A DNA stretch of 64,000 bases from Octopus sinensis (lineage: Eukaryota), in assembly GCF_006345805.1 (NCBI RefSeq), contig NC_043000.1, positions 61,442,001 to 61,506,000 of the forward strand, written 5' to 3'. Each line of letters begins with the position of its first letter. Within the stretch, counting starts at the first letter, position 1. Positions 37,182-50,954 of this stretch are shown here, piece by piece. Position numbers and translations under genes: made by a program. The notes beneath the pieces were generated by a model. The model worked only from the letters and a program-made list of their open reading frames with translations, had not been told where the DNA came from and did no database searches.

Positions 37182-39013
37182 TGAATATGCAAACCAAATC
37201 CAGAAACGATATATATATCTATAACTTGAGCCTATATCCCTGTACGCACAAAGTGTTACATCAAACTCGCCTAGTTATAATCACACGTAATCATTTCACG
37301 TGGCAGAAGAAACTATTCAATAGACAATATCATAATCCACAACTGAATGTGGTTGTACGAAACCCCAAGCGTGGATATTTAGAGCTTTCTGGTAATATTC
37401 ATTGAATATATTTGCGAACTAAATGCTACGAGCCAGAATGTCGGCAATAAATGTGCACTAGTCGTAAACAGACAAAACAGAGAGACTCTCAACGGCTTTC
37501 CTTATTACGACAAATTATACACGCCATCTAAACGACTAGACGATTATTTCCTGGGGAGCTCAACATCACTATCTCCATCGACTACCCTATCCTCACACTC
37601 CGCAAATATACTGACTCCCACTCCTATGTTGACTTCCCATCCCTTATTCACTCAGTTTCTCCATTTCCGGTGCCTCTGTAGCTGTAACCATGACTGCCAG
37701 ACGCAGGTTCAACATATAGCCAACCTCTTCATTCGACGTGGTTAGTTATTCTCCCCTATCCACTCAGCTTTCTCCCGTGACTGTGCTGTTGATTGCCTCT
37801 CATACGGATCCCCACCCTCTACATCTCTTTCCCTCTTAGCTGCCATGCTAACACCCTGTCCCTACAATGCAGCGTCTTTTGCCTCTTTCGGCGTCTCCAG
37901 TCTGGCCCTGCCGTCTCCTGCTTTTTCTCCGTTCTACCTGCTTCTTCATTCAAGCATGCCTTCATCTATAGTATTTCCGTCCGTATATTCCGTCCTCCTT
38001 CAGGATCACGTCCATGCTCCCATTCTCACTACCATATTTGTACTTTTCTTTCCAAGACCATCATCCTAAGCACTGCAACTTCTTCATTAGGAAATCTTTT
38101 CCTTACACTTTTAATAACTTAATATATGCGCTCCAATGTCCCCTCTGAAATCTTATTGACATCTAGAAAACCAGCCGCTGGCTGGCTGACAGGTTTGTGA
38201 AGCAACTCAGAGACGTCAAATTTGGTAACAGATCACCTGTCAGTCGGCAAACATCCGCTCCGCTGACATTTCCAACCAGTGCCTTTCAGCATTCCGTATG
38301 GCTGCAACCTCTTGCATTACCTCAACTACTCAGCTTCAGACTCCACTTCTAAGTATAAGCATATACAAGCACTAGAATGCGGACCAACCAGCACACGCAC
38401 ATACACTTGCATGCACACGTTTTCTTTTTATCTCGCCACTACTGCCATGTACGATAGCTATAGCTAATATTTTTACGCTTTGCTTGCTTTAATACCTTCC
38501 GTAGCACCGACTCGATAACACCATACACAGACGCACAAACACACAAACCCACATTGTGCACGCACTATTTTGCTTTTCTACTCTTATCACCTCTCTCCAG
38601 CTGTGCTCTATACAGCTTTCTTTTAATTTTTCTTCTTTCTGTCTTTCGTCTTCACCTCAGGACTTGCCACGCCACACGCTCAATTTCTCTGGGGCGGGGT
38701 TTTCCACTGAATAATTTGCACTTGAAATTCACCACTGAATTTTTGGCATTTTATCATTAATGGACACTTTCAAATCCCTCCTGTCGAGTAAAATTATTTT
38801 CTGGAAACCTTTTTTTCTATTTTACCCCTTCGTCATCCTACAATTCAACGCGTCCTTACACACCTGCTTCCTTTCTTTTATCAGCTTTTATCTCCAAGGT
38901 CATTGCACCAGCAATGTAAACTTCTTAGACATTTTAACTGTTATATATATAAACGTGGCTGTGTGGATTTATATACGAGTACACATACATGCATACACCA
39001 ATGCACACACACA

Positions 39014-39053
<40 letters not shown>

Positions 39054-39615
39054 AATATATATATACAAACACACACATAAATACACACATATATCTCCTG
39101 GGTGGGACATTAAGCTGCACCCTGTGGTGGGGCTCCAGTTCAGGAGCTATGGAGCTGTGGGAAGTGAGGGATCACCTTCTTAATCACCATTACTCCCAAG
39201 TCCATTCTAACCATCTATGAGTTGAAAGGGTGTCTCAGTGGTACAGAAGCCATGGGAAGGCAGCTCTTCACAAAGAATAATTCACTGACATAAAACTTCA
39301 CTCAAGATAATACCAGTTACATTGCAATGTCTGTCACTGGAACCTACTTTGGCAACCGAGGGAGTGGCAAAATGTTTTACATTTACCAGTTAAAGTCAAT
39401 GACATATAACTGTCATACAATCATTTCATTTCTTGAACCGGTTTGTATTTTATAAGTTACTATGGCGATATATGCGTGGCGATGTCTAAAGACACATTTC
39501 CGCTTAAGCAGGGATGAAAGTGAATAGGATCAAGCTGAATGTGAGACTGCTATCGTGTGACAAGATGTGACAAATATCATCATCACATATGTGAGTGTAT
39601 GTCCGTGCGTTTCTT

Positions 39616-39695
<80 letters not shown>

Positions 39696-40083
39696 ATATA
39701 TATATATCTATATATATATATATTTATATATTCATCCATGTTTTAACGTAAAGTATTTTCTTCCTTTTTTGTTCTTGTTCTGTTTATCTCCATGATTTCG
39801 CACCTTCCCTCCCCTTTCTTTTAAAATTGCTATACATGTTTACACCTTCACTTCGTTTCTTTTTATCACCTCCTGTCTTTCCAGTACTTAAGCAACGATT
39901 ACATAGTTATCAGTCGTCTCTCTATATATATGCTTATCCACAGTCGACAGTATTTTATCGTAAATGACTTTTCTTCATTGGGTTTTGTTCTTCTCTCTAT
40001 CTCTGAACTCTCACCTCTCCTCTCGTGTTTTTGTTTCCGTTTAATCCTCCTCTTCCACCTCCACCCCACCTTATCAGCATCAT

Positions 40084-40166
40084 TATCAGCATCATCATCA
40101 GCATCTTCTTCTTCTTCTTCTTCTTCTTCTTCTTCTTCTTCTTCTTCTTCTTCTTCTTCTTCTTCT
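40084..40166. repeat. (CAT/CAG) tract followed by a pure (TTC)n array
   Basis: Directly visible; a GAA/TTC-type tract able in principle to form triplex DNA. Confidence 0.95.
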
Positions 40167-40167
40167 C

Positions 40168-40485
40168 TAAGATGGCTTTACGATCTGACCACAAACTCCA
40201 CCGAGGTTGACTTTGCCTTTCATGTTTTATGGATTAATAAAGTAAGTACCAGGTCAACACTTGGGTCGATATAATCGACTACCCTCTTATTCATCAGCAC
40301 ACCGGACAAAATGTTTAACTACATTTTGTCCGTGTTTACATTCTGAGTTCAAATCTCTCCGTAGCCGACTTTACTTTCCGTCATTTCGGGGTCGATGAAT
40401 TAACTAGCCGTCAAGCACTGGGATCGATGTTATTGAATAGCCCCTCCAACAAAATTTCAGGTCTTGTGCCTATAATAGAAAGGGT
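40168..40485 (+). mobile_element. Two tandem SINE family C fragments
   Basis: CCGAGGTTGACTTTGCCTTTCAT..GGGTCGATATAATCGACT, then TTCTGAGTTCAAAT..GGGGTCGAT..AAAATTTCAGGTCTTGTGCCTA. Confidence 0.7.
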
Positions 40486-41215
40486 TGTTATTTACTTTTA
40501 TAGAACATTTTTCTTTCTTCCACTTATATGCTTTACGCTTCACATTACGATACCTCTATCACTTTGTTCTTTCCACTACACATGCTCCACTAATTTTCGT
40601 TTCATCTCTTTTTGAAACACAAATGCAATTTCTTTTTCGAGCTATTGTTATTTTCCATCAATATATTTTTCTTCTCTAGCTTTCATTTCTCTACCAACAA
40701 CATATCTCACCCATACTATTGTACAAACATGCCACACCCTTCATATTTCCTTAGCTTTCCCTTTCATCTTACACTCCCACCTGCTGCCGCCTCCTCTTAT
40801 CCACGCTTTCCTTGCACAAAATATCATTTCATTTATACACCAGCCACCACCATTAACCCTCGCCACTACAATTCCACACATTGAATACATCTACAAACAT
40901 ATACTTCGCCTCAAAATACACCCCCTCTACCACAAATCTTCCTATGCCCATCTCAATACACAGATACACGCCTGTACGCTATACACAACCCCACTCTACC
41001 CATTCTCCCATATTAACCTTATCTACACAAACTCATTTATACCTGGCCCCTGACCCCCACACTATTTTTTCTCCGAATCACTTTTTTTCATTCACTCGCC
41101 TCCGTTACTTTCCTTCTCAACCGTCAAGACTCTTCCTCTTCCTTTTCAGCGATAAACTAATACATTTGTTAAAACTCGTATCTCTTGTTTTTACAATACA
41201 CATAGACACACACAC

Positions 41216-41326
<111 letters not shown>

Positions 41327-42230
41327 ATATATGTTTCTATATATGCATACATACACATACGTATATATTCATACAAATGTATATATATACATGTGAGTGT
41401 GTGTGTGTGTGTTTGTGTGTGTATATGTGTGTGTGTATATATATCATATTATATTATATACTATCATATATTCACAATATTATATTCTGTAATAAGCAAA
41501 ACGAAACAAAACAAACGTTTTCTGCAAATTTTGTTTATGTGTGTATGTTTGAATAATGCAGAGAATAATGCGGACGGAAGAGATCAATATAGGTAGAGAG
41601 AAGAAGGAGAATGGAACAGAGAGAGATAGAGGGAGAGGAAGAGGAAGAGGGAGAGAGAGAGAGAGAGGGGGAGAGGAAGAAGGAGAGAGAGAATAGTTTA
41701 AACAGTGATAAAACAACTAAATTAACCAGAGAAATCTGGGCGGAGATAGACTAATAATATGGAGATTTTGTCTCAAACAAAGAACATATTTTCTAAGTTC
41801 CATTCAATTAACCTATCCATATATGTTTACGTGACTGAATTTGCATGTGATTGTGTATATGTGTTGCTGTGTGCGAATATATATGCTGGTTTATGTGAAT
41901 AAGTGTTAGCCTTCTATTTTATGCTTTTTATTAATTATTTTCCTTGTGTGTAGGTCTTTCAGATATTCTGAGTACATTTGTCTGAGTGTATGCATAGTTA
42001 AGTACATGTATTTGGGTGCTTCTGTGTCTGTTTGAGTGCGTGTGTGTGTTTGTGGGTTTCTGTGTTTGCGCTGTGTGTCTCTGTTAGCATTTGTACGTAT
42101 GTATGTATGTATATAAATATATATATATATATATTGCCAAGTGCAAGTATTACCTATTGGCATAATTATGTATGTATGCATGTATATCATTATTCAGTTT
42201 TATTGTGCGTGTGGTTGTGTGCATGTGTTT

Positions 42231-42275
<45 letters not shown>

Positions 42276-42569
42276 TCTATATATATATATATATATATAT
42301 GGTTTATATATATTGCTTTGTTAGAATATATCTTACATATTTTGGTAGCTGTGTCTAAATATATGGATATATAATATATGCACAGTTATGCAATATATAT
42401 CCGCAATAATTGCATGTTTGTGAATGTATGTAATAGGTATATTTAAGTGTGTATATTTATATATGTGTATATATTTAAGTACCGTCCGTACGATGTGCCC
42501 CTATATACTTATATTTCCGTACCTATACAGTCATATATATAAACGTATTTATACATGCATGTATATAAA

Positions 42570-42872
42570 GGCGTGAAGCCTGGGAATTATGATATTGAAC
42601 TAACGATCACAAGACCGTGATTTCGATTCTCAGCTAAGTGGTGTGTCGTCTTGAGTATAATAATTACTTTTACGTTGCTGTAGTTCACTCAGTTGTAAAA
42701 GGGCAATTCTTAGACGGATAGGTTTGCAGTTCAGGGTTAATGTTGGCCTGCCCACTTAGCCATTTTGAATTCTACAACAATCCTTTTGAATTCTACAACA
42801 ATGCGAGAATGTACATGATGGTTACCAGCGGAGTGTAACAACATCTGATAGTCTGGCCGATACAGTGATATG
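42570..42872 (+). mobile_element. tRNA-headed SINE (family B-like head, different tail) with an internal 21-bp tandem duplication
   Basis: AACGATCACAAGACCGTGATTTCGATTCTC..GTCTTGAG..CACTCAG head; TTTTGAATTCTACAACAAT occurs twice near 42763-42800. Confidence 0.55.
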
Positions 42873-42879
42873 AATACAC

Positions 42880-42922
42880 ACATACATACATACATACATG
42901 CATACATGCATACATACATACA

Positions 42923-42954
<32 letters not shown>

Positions 42955-43050
42955 ATCACACATACATACATATAATCATACATACATACATATAATCATA
43001 CATACATACATATAATCATACATACATACATACATACATGCATACATACA
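42880..43050. repeat. (CATA)n with a higher-order 20-bp unit x4
   Basis: CATACATACATATAATCA(C/T)A repeated at 42941-43020. Confidence 0.9.
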
Positions 43051-43054
43051 TAGG

Positions 43055-43320
43055 TGCACTCCGTCGGTTACGACGACAGGGGATATGATGAATGAAACAG
43101 CTTGCTCGTGAAATTAAAGTGCAAGCGTCTGAGCATTCCACAGACACGTGTACTCCTAACGCAGTTCTCGGGGAGATTCAGCGATACAGAGTGTGACAAG
43201 GTCGGCCCTTTGAAATACAGGTACAACATTTTTTGCCAGCTGAGTGAACTGGAGTAACGTGAAATAAAGTGCCTTGTTCAAGGACACAATGCGTCGCCGG
43301 GAATTGAACTCACGACCTTA
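43055..43320 (-). mobile_element. SINE family B interrupted by a mariner
   Basis: Matches the 28415 copy up to GAACTCACGACCTTA, where the mariner TIR begins. Confidence 0.85.
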
Positions 43321-44250
43321 CAAGGGACGTTCAATAAGTAATGCCCCTGACCCATTTTCAGTTGTTTGATCTAGATGAAATTTTGCATGTGCAATTATTT
43401 ATATCTCTATAGAGTAAGTGACAAATTACAGCTCTGAACTAATTGTGGTTTCTGATTTACAGGTGTTTGAACTGAGTCAAGTGTGAAATGGAGCCTGTTG
43501 AGTGCCGAGCAGTGATCCGGTTTTTGTATTTGAAAGGACACACACCGCGGGAGACTTTTGATGAAATGAAAGTAACTTATGGTGATGATGCCCCATCATA
43601 TGATCTTGTAAAACGTTGTTATCGTGAATTCAAACATGGTCGGAACTCTGTGGAAACAGCTCCCAGATCTGGTCGCCCCCTTCTGCCATTGATGAGGCAT
43701 CTGTCCGTCAAGTTGAGGCTGCCATTTTGGAAGATCGACGCATAATTATTCGCCAAATAGCCCATGAGGTCAAGATTAGTACCGGGTCTGTGGAAACTAT
43801 CATTCATGACCATTTGCATATGCAAAAGGTGTCTGCCAGATAGATTTCCAGGTTGCTCACGCCTTTCCAGAAGCAAGAACGCGTCAAGTGCTCGAGGATG
43901 AATTTGGAGATGTGCCAAGAAGATGAGTCAAAATTTTTCAAAGACTGATTACATAGGGTGAAAACCTGGGTCCATCACGATGATCCAGAGACCAAAGCCC
44001 AGTCAATGCAGTGGAATCACCGTGACTCACCCCCTCCAAAGAAGGCAAGGGTGCAGCCCTCCGCTGGCAAGGTCATGCTCACAGTCTTCTGGGACCAGGA
44101 CGGAGTAGTGATGACAGATTTCCTGGCAAAGGGTACCACAATTACAGGAGCCTATTATGCTTCACTTTTGAGGAAATTAAGAGAAGTTATCAAAATCAAG
44201 AGGCGGGGCAAGTTCAGCAAAGGCATCCTTCTCCTGCAGGACAACGCTTA
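43319..44250 (+). mobile_element. Mariner transposase pseudogene, 5' TIR through the second catalytic Asp, 3' truncated
   Basis: TA+CAAGGGACGTTCAATAAGT terminus; MEPVECRAVIRFLYLKG..RSGRP, then frameshifted KTWVHHDDPETKAQSMQW..SAGKVMLTVFWD..ILLLQDNA. Confidence 0.93.
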
Positions 44251-44296
44251 AAGTGTGTCCTCATCAATGGTTTTGCCCTTTCTATTCCAGGTCTGA

Positions 44297-44620
44297 ATAT
44301 TCTTTTACTTGTTTCAGTCATTGGATTGTGGTCGATACTGTGGCTATGCCTTCAAGTTTTGTTGTTCAAATCTTCGAGGCCATTTATTCATTCGGACACT
44401 TTGTTTTGATAGTCGAAGTCTATCTTACGGCGACGTAAACGAACCTAGACGAATTGTGAAGAGGTAGGAGACGAATGCAATCCCGTACACTCACACTCAT
44501 GTAAGCAAAAATACAACGGGCTTCCGCATAGTTTCAGTCAGTCATATTTATCAACAACGTAACGGTCGAGCCGGAGCTATAATACAAGAAATTTATCCAA
44601 GAAGCTTGTAATCAGATTCA
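44297..44620 (-). mobile_element. SINE family A, heavily degraded
   Basis: TTTTACTTGTTTCAGTCATTGGA..; CGGGCTTCCGCATAGTTTC..GGTCGAGCCGGAGCTATAA. Confidence 0.55.
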
Positions 44621-44744
44621 ATGATATTGCGATAATTCTCTAAACTGGACAATCAAACGTGTATGTATATGTATATATGTATGCAGTTTTTTTTTTGGTG
44701 AATGTATAAATTTTTGTGTTTTTATGTGCGTGTGTATTCTCTTT

Positions 44745-44971
44745 TAATCTCTTACTTGTTACAGTCATTTGACTGTGGCCATGCTGGAGCACCGCCTTTA
44801 GTCGAGCAAATCAACCCCAGGACTTATTCTTTGTAAGCCTAGTACTTATCTTATCGGTCTCTTCTGTCGAACCGCTACGTTACGGGGACGAAACAACATA
44901 GCTTGTCAAGTGATGTTGAGGGGGGACAAACAGAGACACACAAACACAGACACACACAAATACACACACAC

Positions 44972-45040
<69 letters not shown>

Positions 45041-45200
45041 CGACGGGCTTCTTTCAGTTTCCGTCTAGCAAATCCATTCAGAAGTCTTTGGTCGGCCCGA
45101 AGCTATAGCAGAAGACACTTACCCAAGGTGCCACGCATTGGGACTGAACCTGGAACCATGTGGTTCGTAAACAAACTACTTACCACACAGCCACTTCTAC
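44745..45200 (-). mobile_element. SINE family A, full length
   Basis: Close match to the 22665-23084 copy, with an internal (CA)n(TA)n. Confidence 0.85.
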
Positions 45201-45239
45201 GCATATATTGTATCGACTTGTGTATATACATGCATTTCC

Positions 45240-45520
<281 letters not shown>

Positions 45521-45614
45521 TATGTGTATGTATAAACACATATATGTATTCACGCATAATATATGTGTGTGTGTGCATGTGTATGTGCGTGTGCGCGCGC
45601 GTTCTCGTAAATGC

Positions 45615-45882
45615 TGGAGAAATTACGATAAACACCAGTCTGCATCATTTTTCCCTTATGTGAGTTGTGACCGTTTGGAGCCACAGCATTATATGTTCCA
45701 AGTGCAATCGAATACTTAACCACAACGGATCATCAAAGGAACACATCTTCTGCCTTTTGTTGCAGAGATCAAATGTCTCAAATGATACATTTGATTTCTG
45801 TAACCTCCAGTGCTGTCATTCCAAACAACTACAACGTAAGTAACAAATGATACAAAATTGTGTTTATCAAAATTTCTCCTAT
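45615..45882. mobile_element. Old MITE-like inverted-repeat element
   Basis: GGAGAAATT..GATAAACAC..ATCATTT..CTTA.GT..GTTTGGA..ACAGCA on the left is mirrored by TGCTGT..TCCAAAC..TAAG..AAATGAT..GTGTTTATC..AATTTCTCC on the right. Confidence 0.6.
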
Positions 45883-46059
45883 ACTTCCAAACCACTAATA
45901 CAACCAAGTATAGTGGTAACCTAAGCACTGTATCGGAAGCAGACTGGATGATGGAAATTTACGGGGAGCTCTTGAATCAACGTTAACATTCGTGCATCTA
46001 ATTGAACACACATATTCTCTACATATCTATATGTATTTACAGATATATATGTATGTATC

Positions 46060-46153
46060 TATACATACATACATACATACATACATACATACATACATAC
46101 ATACATACATACATACATACATACATACATACATACATACATACATACATACA

Positions 46154-46185
<32 letters not shown>
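46060..46185. repeat. Pure (ATAC)n array
   Basis: Directly visible. Confidence 0.95.
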
Positions 46186-46886
46186 AGTTTTGGTGTATTC
46201 TACATTTGTGTACGATTATTTGCAGCCTATAAACCGGTAGTAATCTGAGATATTCTAATGGACCAATGTTTACTTAAAGTATATTCTTTCCTGGCTTTAT
46301 TCACAACCGAATATGTATCAGCTAGGCAGACCAGATTAATTTAAAGTCCAACCGGAATCCAAGTAATTAACCCTATTCTATCTATATAATTTCAAATCAG
46401 TACTAATTCCTCAAAAATCTCCAGTAATATCATTCTGTATTACTGAAATAATGCCTCTATGAATAAATCATGTTCGCAAGTAATTTTTTTTTTCTTCGAA
46501 TAATCTCTGCAACATTTCCAATTTTATTTCCTTTCAATATCTGATGGAAATACAAAAAATTCTCTGGGAAACTTTATTATCTATTTGTATATATTTATAT
46601 ACGTTTTAGATGAGACGCAGAGTATTTTAATGGCAACTGTAGGAATGTAGTCATCCATTTAGATTTGGAATACATATACACAATAGAAATCTTGTTTATA
46701 TATATATATATATATGTATGTATAAGTATATAATTTTATATATATATATATACATATACATACATATATAAATGCATATAGACATACATATATACACATA
46801 TATATATGTATATATATATATATTATATATATATATATATATACATATATATATACTTACACACTCACACACACATACACACTCAT

Positions 46887-46919
<33 letters not shown>

Positions 46920-47011
46920 CACATATATATATATACACATATATATATACTTACACACGCACACACAGACACACAGACACACAGACACACAGACACACAC
47001 ACACGCACATA

Positions 47012-47052
<41 letters not shown>

Positions 47053-47824
47053 TGATAGATACACATGCATGCACATGCACACACGCTCACATTCGTATAT
47101 ATTAAATTACGAATTTAAGCAAGAATAGTAATGTAAACATTATCGGATGTACACACATAATGTATGAGCTTTGCTTATTCGCTGTATTTGCTGCCGGATA
47201 GCGCTTAGGGAAACTCTCTAATAACGATGGTGTTAAAACACCTACAAGGGAGTACAACTCGCTTCGAATCAGGTCAAGACTGGTCAACACTGATATTTAT
47301 CAATTGTTGTGTCTTAGAATGCTATTTACGTGGATTGAAACGAAGACGAACTGAACACCTGGTCTATGAATATACAGAAATAGTGTATGAAATATTTGTT
47401 GACGTGCTACGGCGAAGCACATGTAGAAGTAAATTAAATTACGCCTTCGTAATATTACTCTGTGTTTACACTCAGCTCTCTACAGCGAAATATATGCTCC
47501 AAGCATATTTGAACTGGTAAGAAGTTTGTATTTAAACACATGTCCGCTTAGCGCTTTCGTTCCGTATTTTATTTACGGTGACTGGTTGAGCTAGTCATTT
47601 TGTTAGTTCGCAGCGTTTGACTTTTCCGTTTCTGGTGCTGAAGAGAATATAACCTCTCCAAAATACATACATCCACCAGTCTGGTCAGGGAACACGGCAA
47701 ACTGACACGGTGTGTTTACAGCGAGAAATTCTCTCCGTAAGAAAATACAGTGGGTCACTTTCTTACGTGATCAAGTATGCCTCTTGCATATTTGAACTGT
47801 TAATGATGCACACACACGCACAAA

Positions 47825-47881
<57 letters not shown>

Positions 47882-48072
47882 AAACACACACACATCCCCT
47901 ACAACTTCCATACAAACACACTTTTTAATATACTAAAAAAAGTAGAAACACACTCAACAAAGTCAACAGCAACAACGCCAATAAGTATACTTCGTAAAGT
48001 TACCGCATTAGTGAAAAACTGGGTTACTGTTACAAACTGATACGAGATCTGTAAGGATGGACTGGATATCCA

Positions 48073-48199
48073 GCTGGCTCCCGCTGGCTCACCGCTGGCT
48101 CACCGCTGGCTCACCGCTGGCTCACCGCTGGCTCACCGCTGGCTCACCGCTGGCTCACCGCTGGTTCACCGCTGGCTCATCGCTGGCACACCTCTGGCA
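48073..48199. repeat. GC-rich 11-bp minisatellite (GCTGGCTCACC) x about 11.5
   Basis: Directly visible; variant units at both ends. Confidence 0.95.
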
Positions 48200-48249
48200 T
48201 TTGTCGGTGGTAGTGCCTCTCTGGAAATCGGTTTGTACACTTCCATGCA

Positions 48250-48420
48250 TTCATTACCTATCAACATCATGAACAAGTATTCAGGAACTTGCAAAATCAC
48301 ATATCTTGATGTATATTGCGGCTGCTTTTACATCGGCGACACCGTTCTGCGCTTCACATCTGCTTTAAAGAACAAATTCAAAATGAACGCCCTGTCTTTA
48401 AAAAAAAATAATTATCTGTC
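48250..48420 (+). pseudogene. Degraded Penelope-like GIY-YIG endonuclease fragment
   Basis: SGTCKITYLDVYCGCFYIGDTVLRF resembles the PLE motif VVYKITC..CG..YIG.T.R. Confidence 0.45.
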
Positions 48421-48785
48421 GAATTTTGTAATTCGCTATCAACGTGATCAGAAATCAAAGAATTAAAGAGATTATTCTGATTAGAAAAAAATTAAACCCA
48501 TCACCAATAATGATGATGAGAATCTGGTGGAGATGAGTAAATCTGACTGAACCAGTCTATGTAAATCTCATTTAAACCAAGTATGTTACCGAGTGATAGC
48601 TACGTTCAATCTACATTTTTAGTAAGAAATTGCAGAGATAAAATATTGACAAGGGTAAACAATTGCTTTCGCCGTTTTCTTTTCTTCTTACTTAAATGTC
48701 TGTATTTCACGTTTGCATCTACTTACTATTGAACCATTTTAAATGTATCAATATTTCACTGCATTTTAGATGGGGTATACTGCTG

Positions 48786-48848
<63 letters not shown>

Positions 48849-48993
48849 TGTATTTTACCTTGTTAACAATTAACACGGATAAATGAATGAATAGTTACCA
48901 GGGCAGCAAAAATCTCACAAGTAAAGATGTTGTAACTCCTTGTTTATAAAAGTTGAAACTTCGTATTACGTTGAATATTTGAATAATATGAAT

Positions 48994-49261
48994 AAAAAAT
49001 GGAGTTAACGCAGGTTTAAACAAGTATTTTTACTTTCTACATATGTTTCAAAAATTCCACTGATACTTATTCCAAAGAATAAAAGGTATAAACATGCAAT
49101 CTTCTCTTCGGGAAAGTGAAAAAACGAAACTTGTCAATACGACATTTAGCAAAAAATGATGGATTCGTATAGCGATAGACAGAACGCTATTAATATCAGT
49201 GGAATTTTGAACATATGTAGAAAGTAAATATTTGTTTAAACCTGCGTTAACTCCATTTTTT
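48994..49261. repeat. Inverted repeat with about 70-bp arms and a 128-bp spacer, abutting (TA)n
   Basis: 48994-49065 vs 49194-49261 (ATGGAGTTAACGCAGGTTTAAACAA / TTGTTTAAACCTGCGTTAACTCCAT). Confidence 0.9.
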
Positions 49262-49315
<54 letters not shown>

Positions 49316-49639
49316 ATATTATATATATAGATATAGGATATGTATATATGATTATATGTATAACACATCAAATACAATGATTGAGTTGAACTAACATTAG
49401 GTCTAGAAATGCCCTAAATTTTGTATGCTCATTTTGGAGGAATAGTTAAGCCAGACAACTAGAGTTAGCAAAATAGAATCTTCTATGTAAACGACCATAT
49501 TCGATACATGCAAACACATACACGCGCTTACGTAATAGCACGTACAAACACGCACATAAATACACTCGCCAACTTTGAAATTAGGTTTGTACAATCTTAA
49601 ATGAATTATGTATGTATGTATGTATGTATGTGTACACGG

Positions 49640-49980
49640 TAAAGAGTAAAACCCCCTGTGGTCATGAATGACCATTGGATTGCACCTAGAAAGTTACCCT
49701 CCGGGTTACAGATCCCGCCAAGGTGGTTTATAGAAGGCCAGCAGTCGCCCAGGCATACCAACTTTCCATCTCCACGCGACTGATGTTATCCATGGGAAAG
49801 GCAGAGCCCGATACAGCTTGGAACTAGTGAGGTAGCAACTCATTTTTACGACTGAGTAATTTGCAGTAACGTGAACTAAAGTGTCTTGCTCAAGAACACA
49901 ACACACGGCCCGGTCCGTGAATCGAAATCATTACCCCATGATTGAGCCCGACACTCTAACCACTAAGCCATGCCTTCACC
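49640..49980 (-). mobile_element. tRNA-headed SINE (family B-like head, distinct tail)
   Basis: GTAACGTGAACTAAAGTGTCTTGCTCAAGAACACAAC..CTAACCACTAAGCCATGCCTTCAC. Confidence 0.7.
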
Positions 49981-50271
49981 ATGCATGTGTATGTATGCAA
50001 TGTATATATTTATTTGTTTATTTATTTATACTAGTGCGAACACGATATGTTAAAGATAGCATATTTTACATTGGTTTTATATCATTGTATCATATATTCC
50101 TGTAGTATATATGCATGCGAGGAGAATGCTGGAAAGACATGTAAAATAAATGAAGCTCGAACATCAATAATGGGGAACGTAAAATAGACTTATAAGATGA
50201 AATGCAATTCTCTTAAAGGAACGTGAATTTGTAATTCAATGAACAATTACCACCTAAATGCTGCTAATAAA

Positions 50272-50317
<46 letters not shown>

Positions 50318-50954
50318 ATATATATTATATATATATATATATATATTAGAGCAAGAATAGTAATAACATTATCGAAAGCCTATAGTATATTTCGACTTTG
50401 TTAAAATTATAAACATAGATACACACGGTTGGACACACACACACAGGCACACACACACACACACACACACACGCGCCCACACATTAATATATATGCACAC
50501 ACATATGTAAATATATATATACACACACACATGTATATATATACACATATATAGATATTTACATATTTACATATATACATACTTATATACACAAATATAT
50601 ACATACATGTTTATATGAATATATATATGAGGGGATATGTGGATGGATATATGAGTGTCTGTGCACGTGTATGAGACTTGGTATGTATATGTGGTGTGTG
50701 TGTGTGTGTGTGTGTGTGTGGTTGTGTGTGTATGTGTATGTGTGTGTGTGTATGTGCAATGTAATGTGATTGCAGCTAAAGCTATTCTGGGGCAACCAAT
50801 TCTACTTAATTTATGTAAACACTTTGCCTTCAAGATGTAATATATTACATTGACGCTTGTAATAATTCTTCTCTCTCTCTCTCCCTCTTGCTCTCTCTCT
50901 CTCTCTCCTCTCTCAACACTCAGAAACATGGAAATACACATATATACGTGTATC

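Noticed and set aside
37440-38120. Pyrimidine-rich, GC-richer block, possibly an old LINE fragment
   Set aside because: I could not recover ordered RT or endonuclease motifs on either strand.
38185-38250. Hairpin GCTGACAGGT...ACCTGTCAGT suggesting a pre-miRNA
   Set aside because: Only about 10 bp of stem; the remainder pairs poorly and no known mature sequence was recognised.
48073-48199. Short direct-repeat array considered as CRISPR-like
   Set aside because: No spacers, an 11-bp unit and a eukaryotic context; a simple minisatellite.
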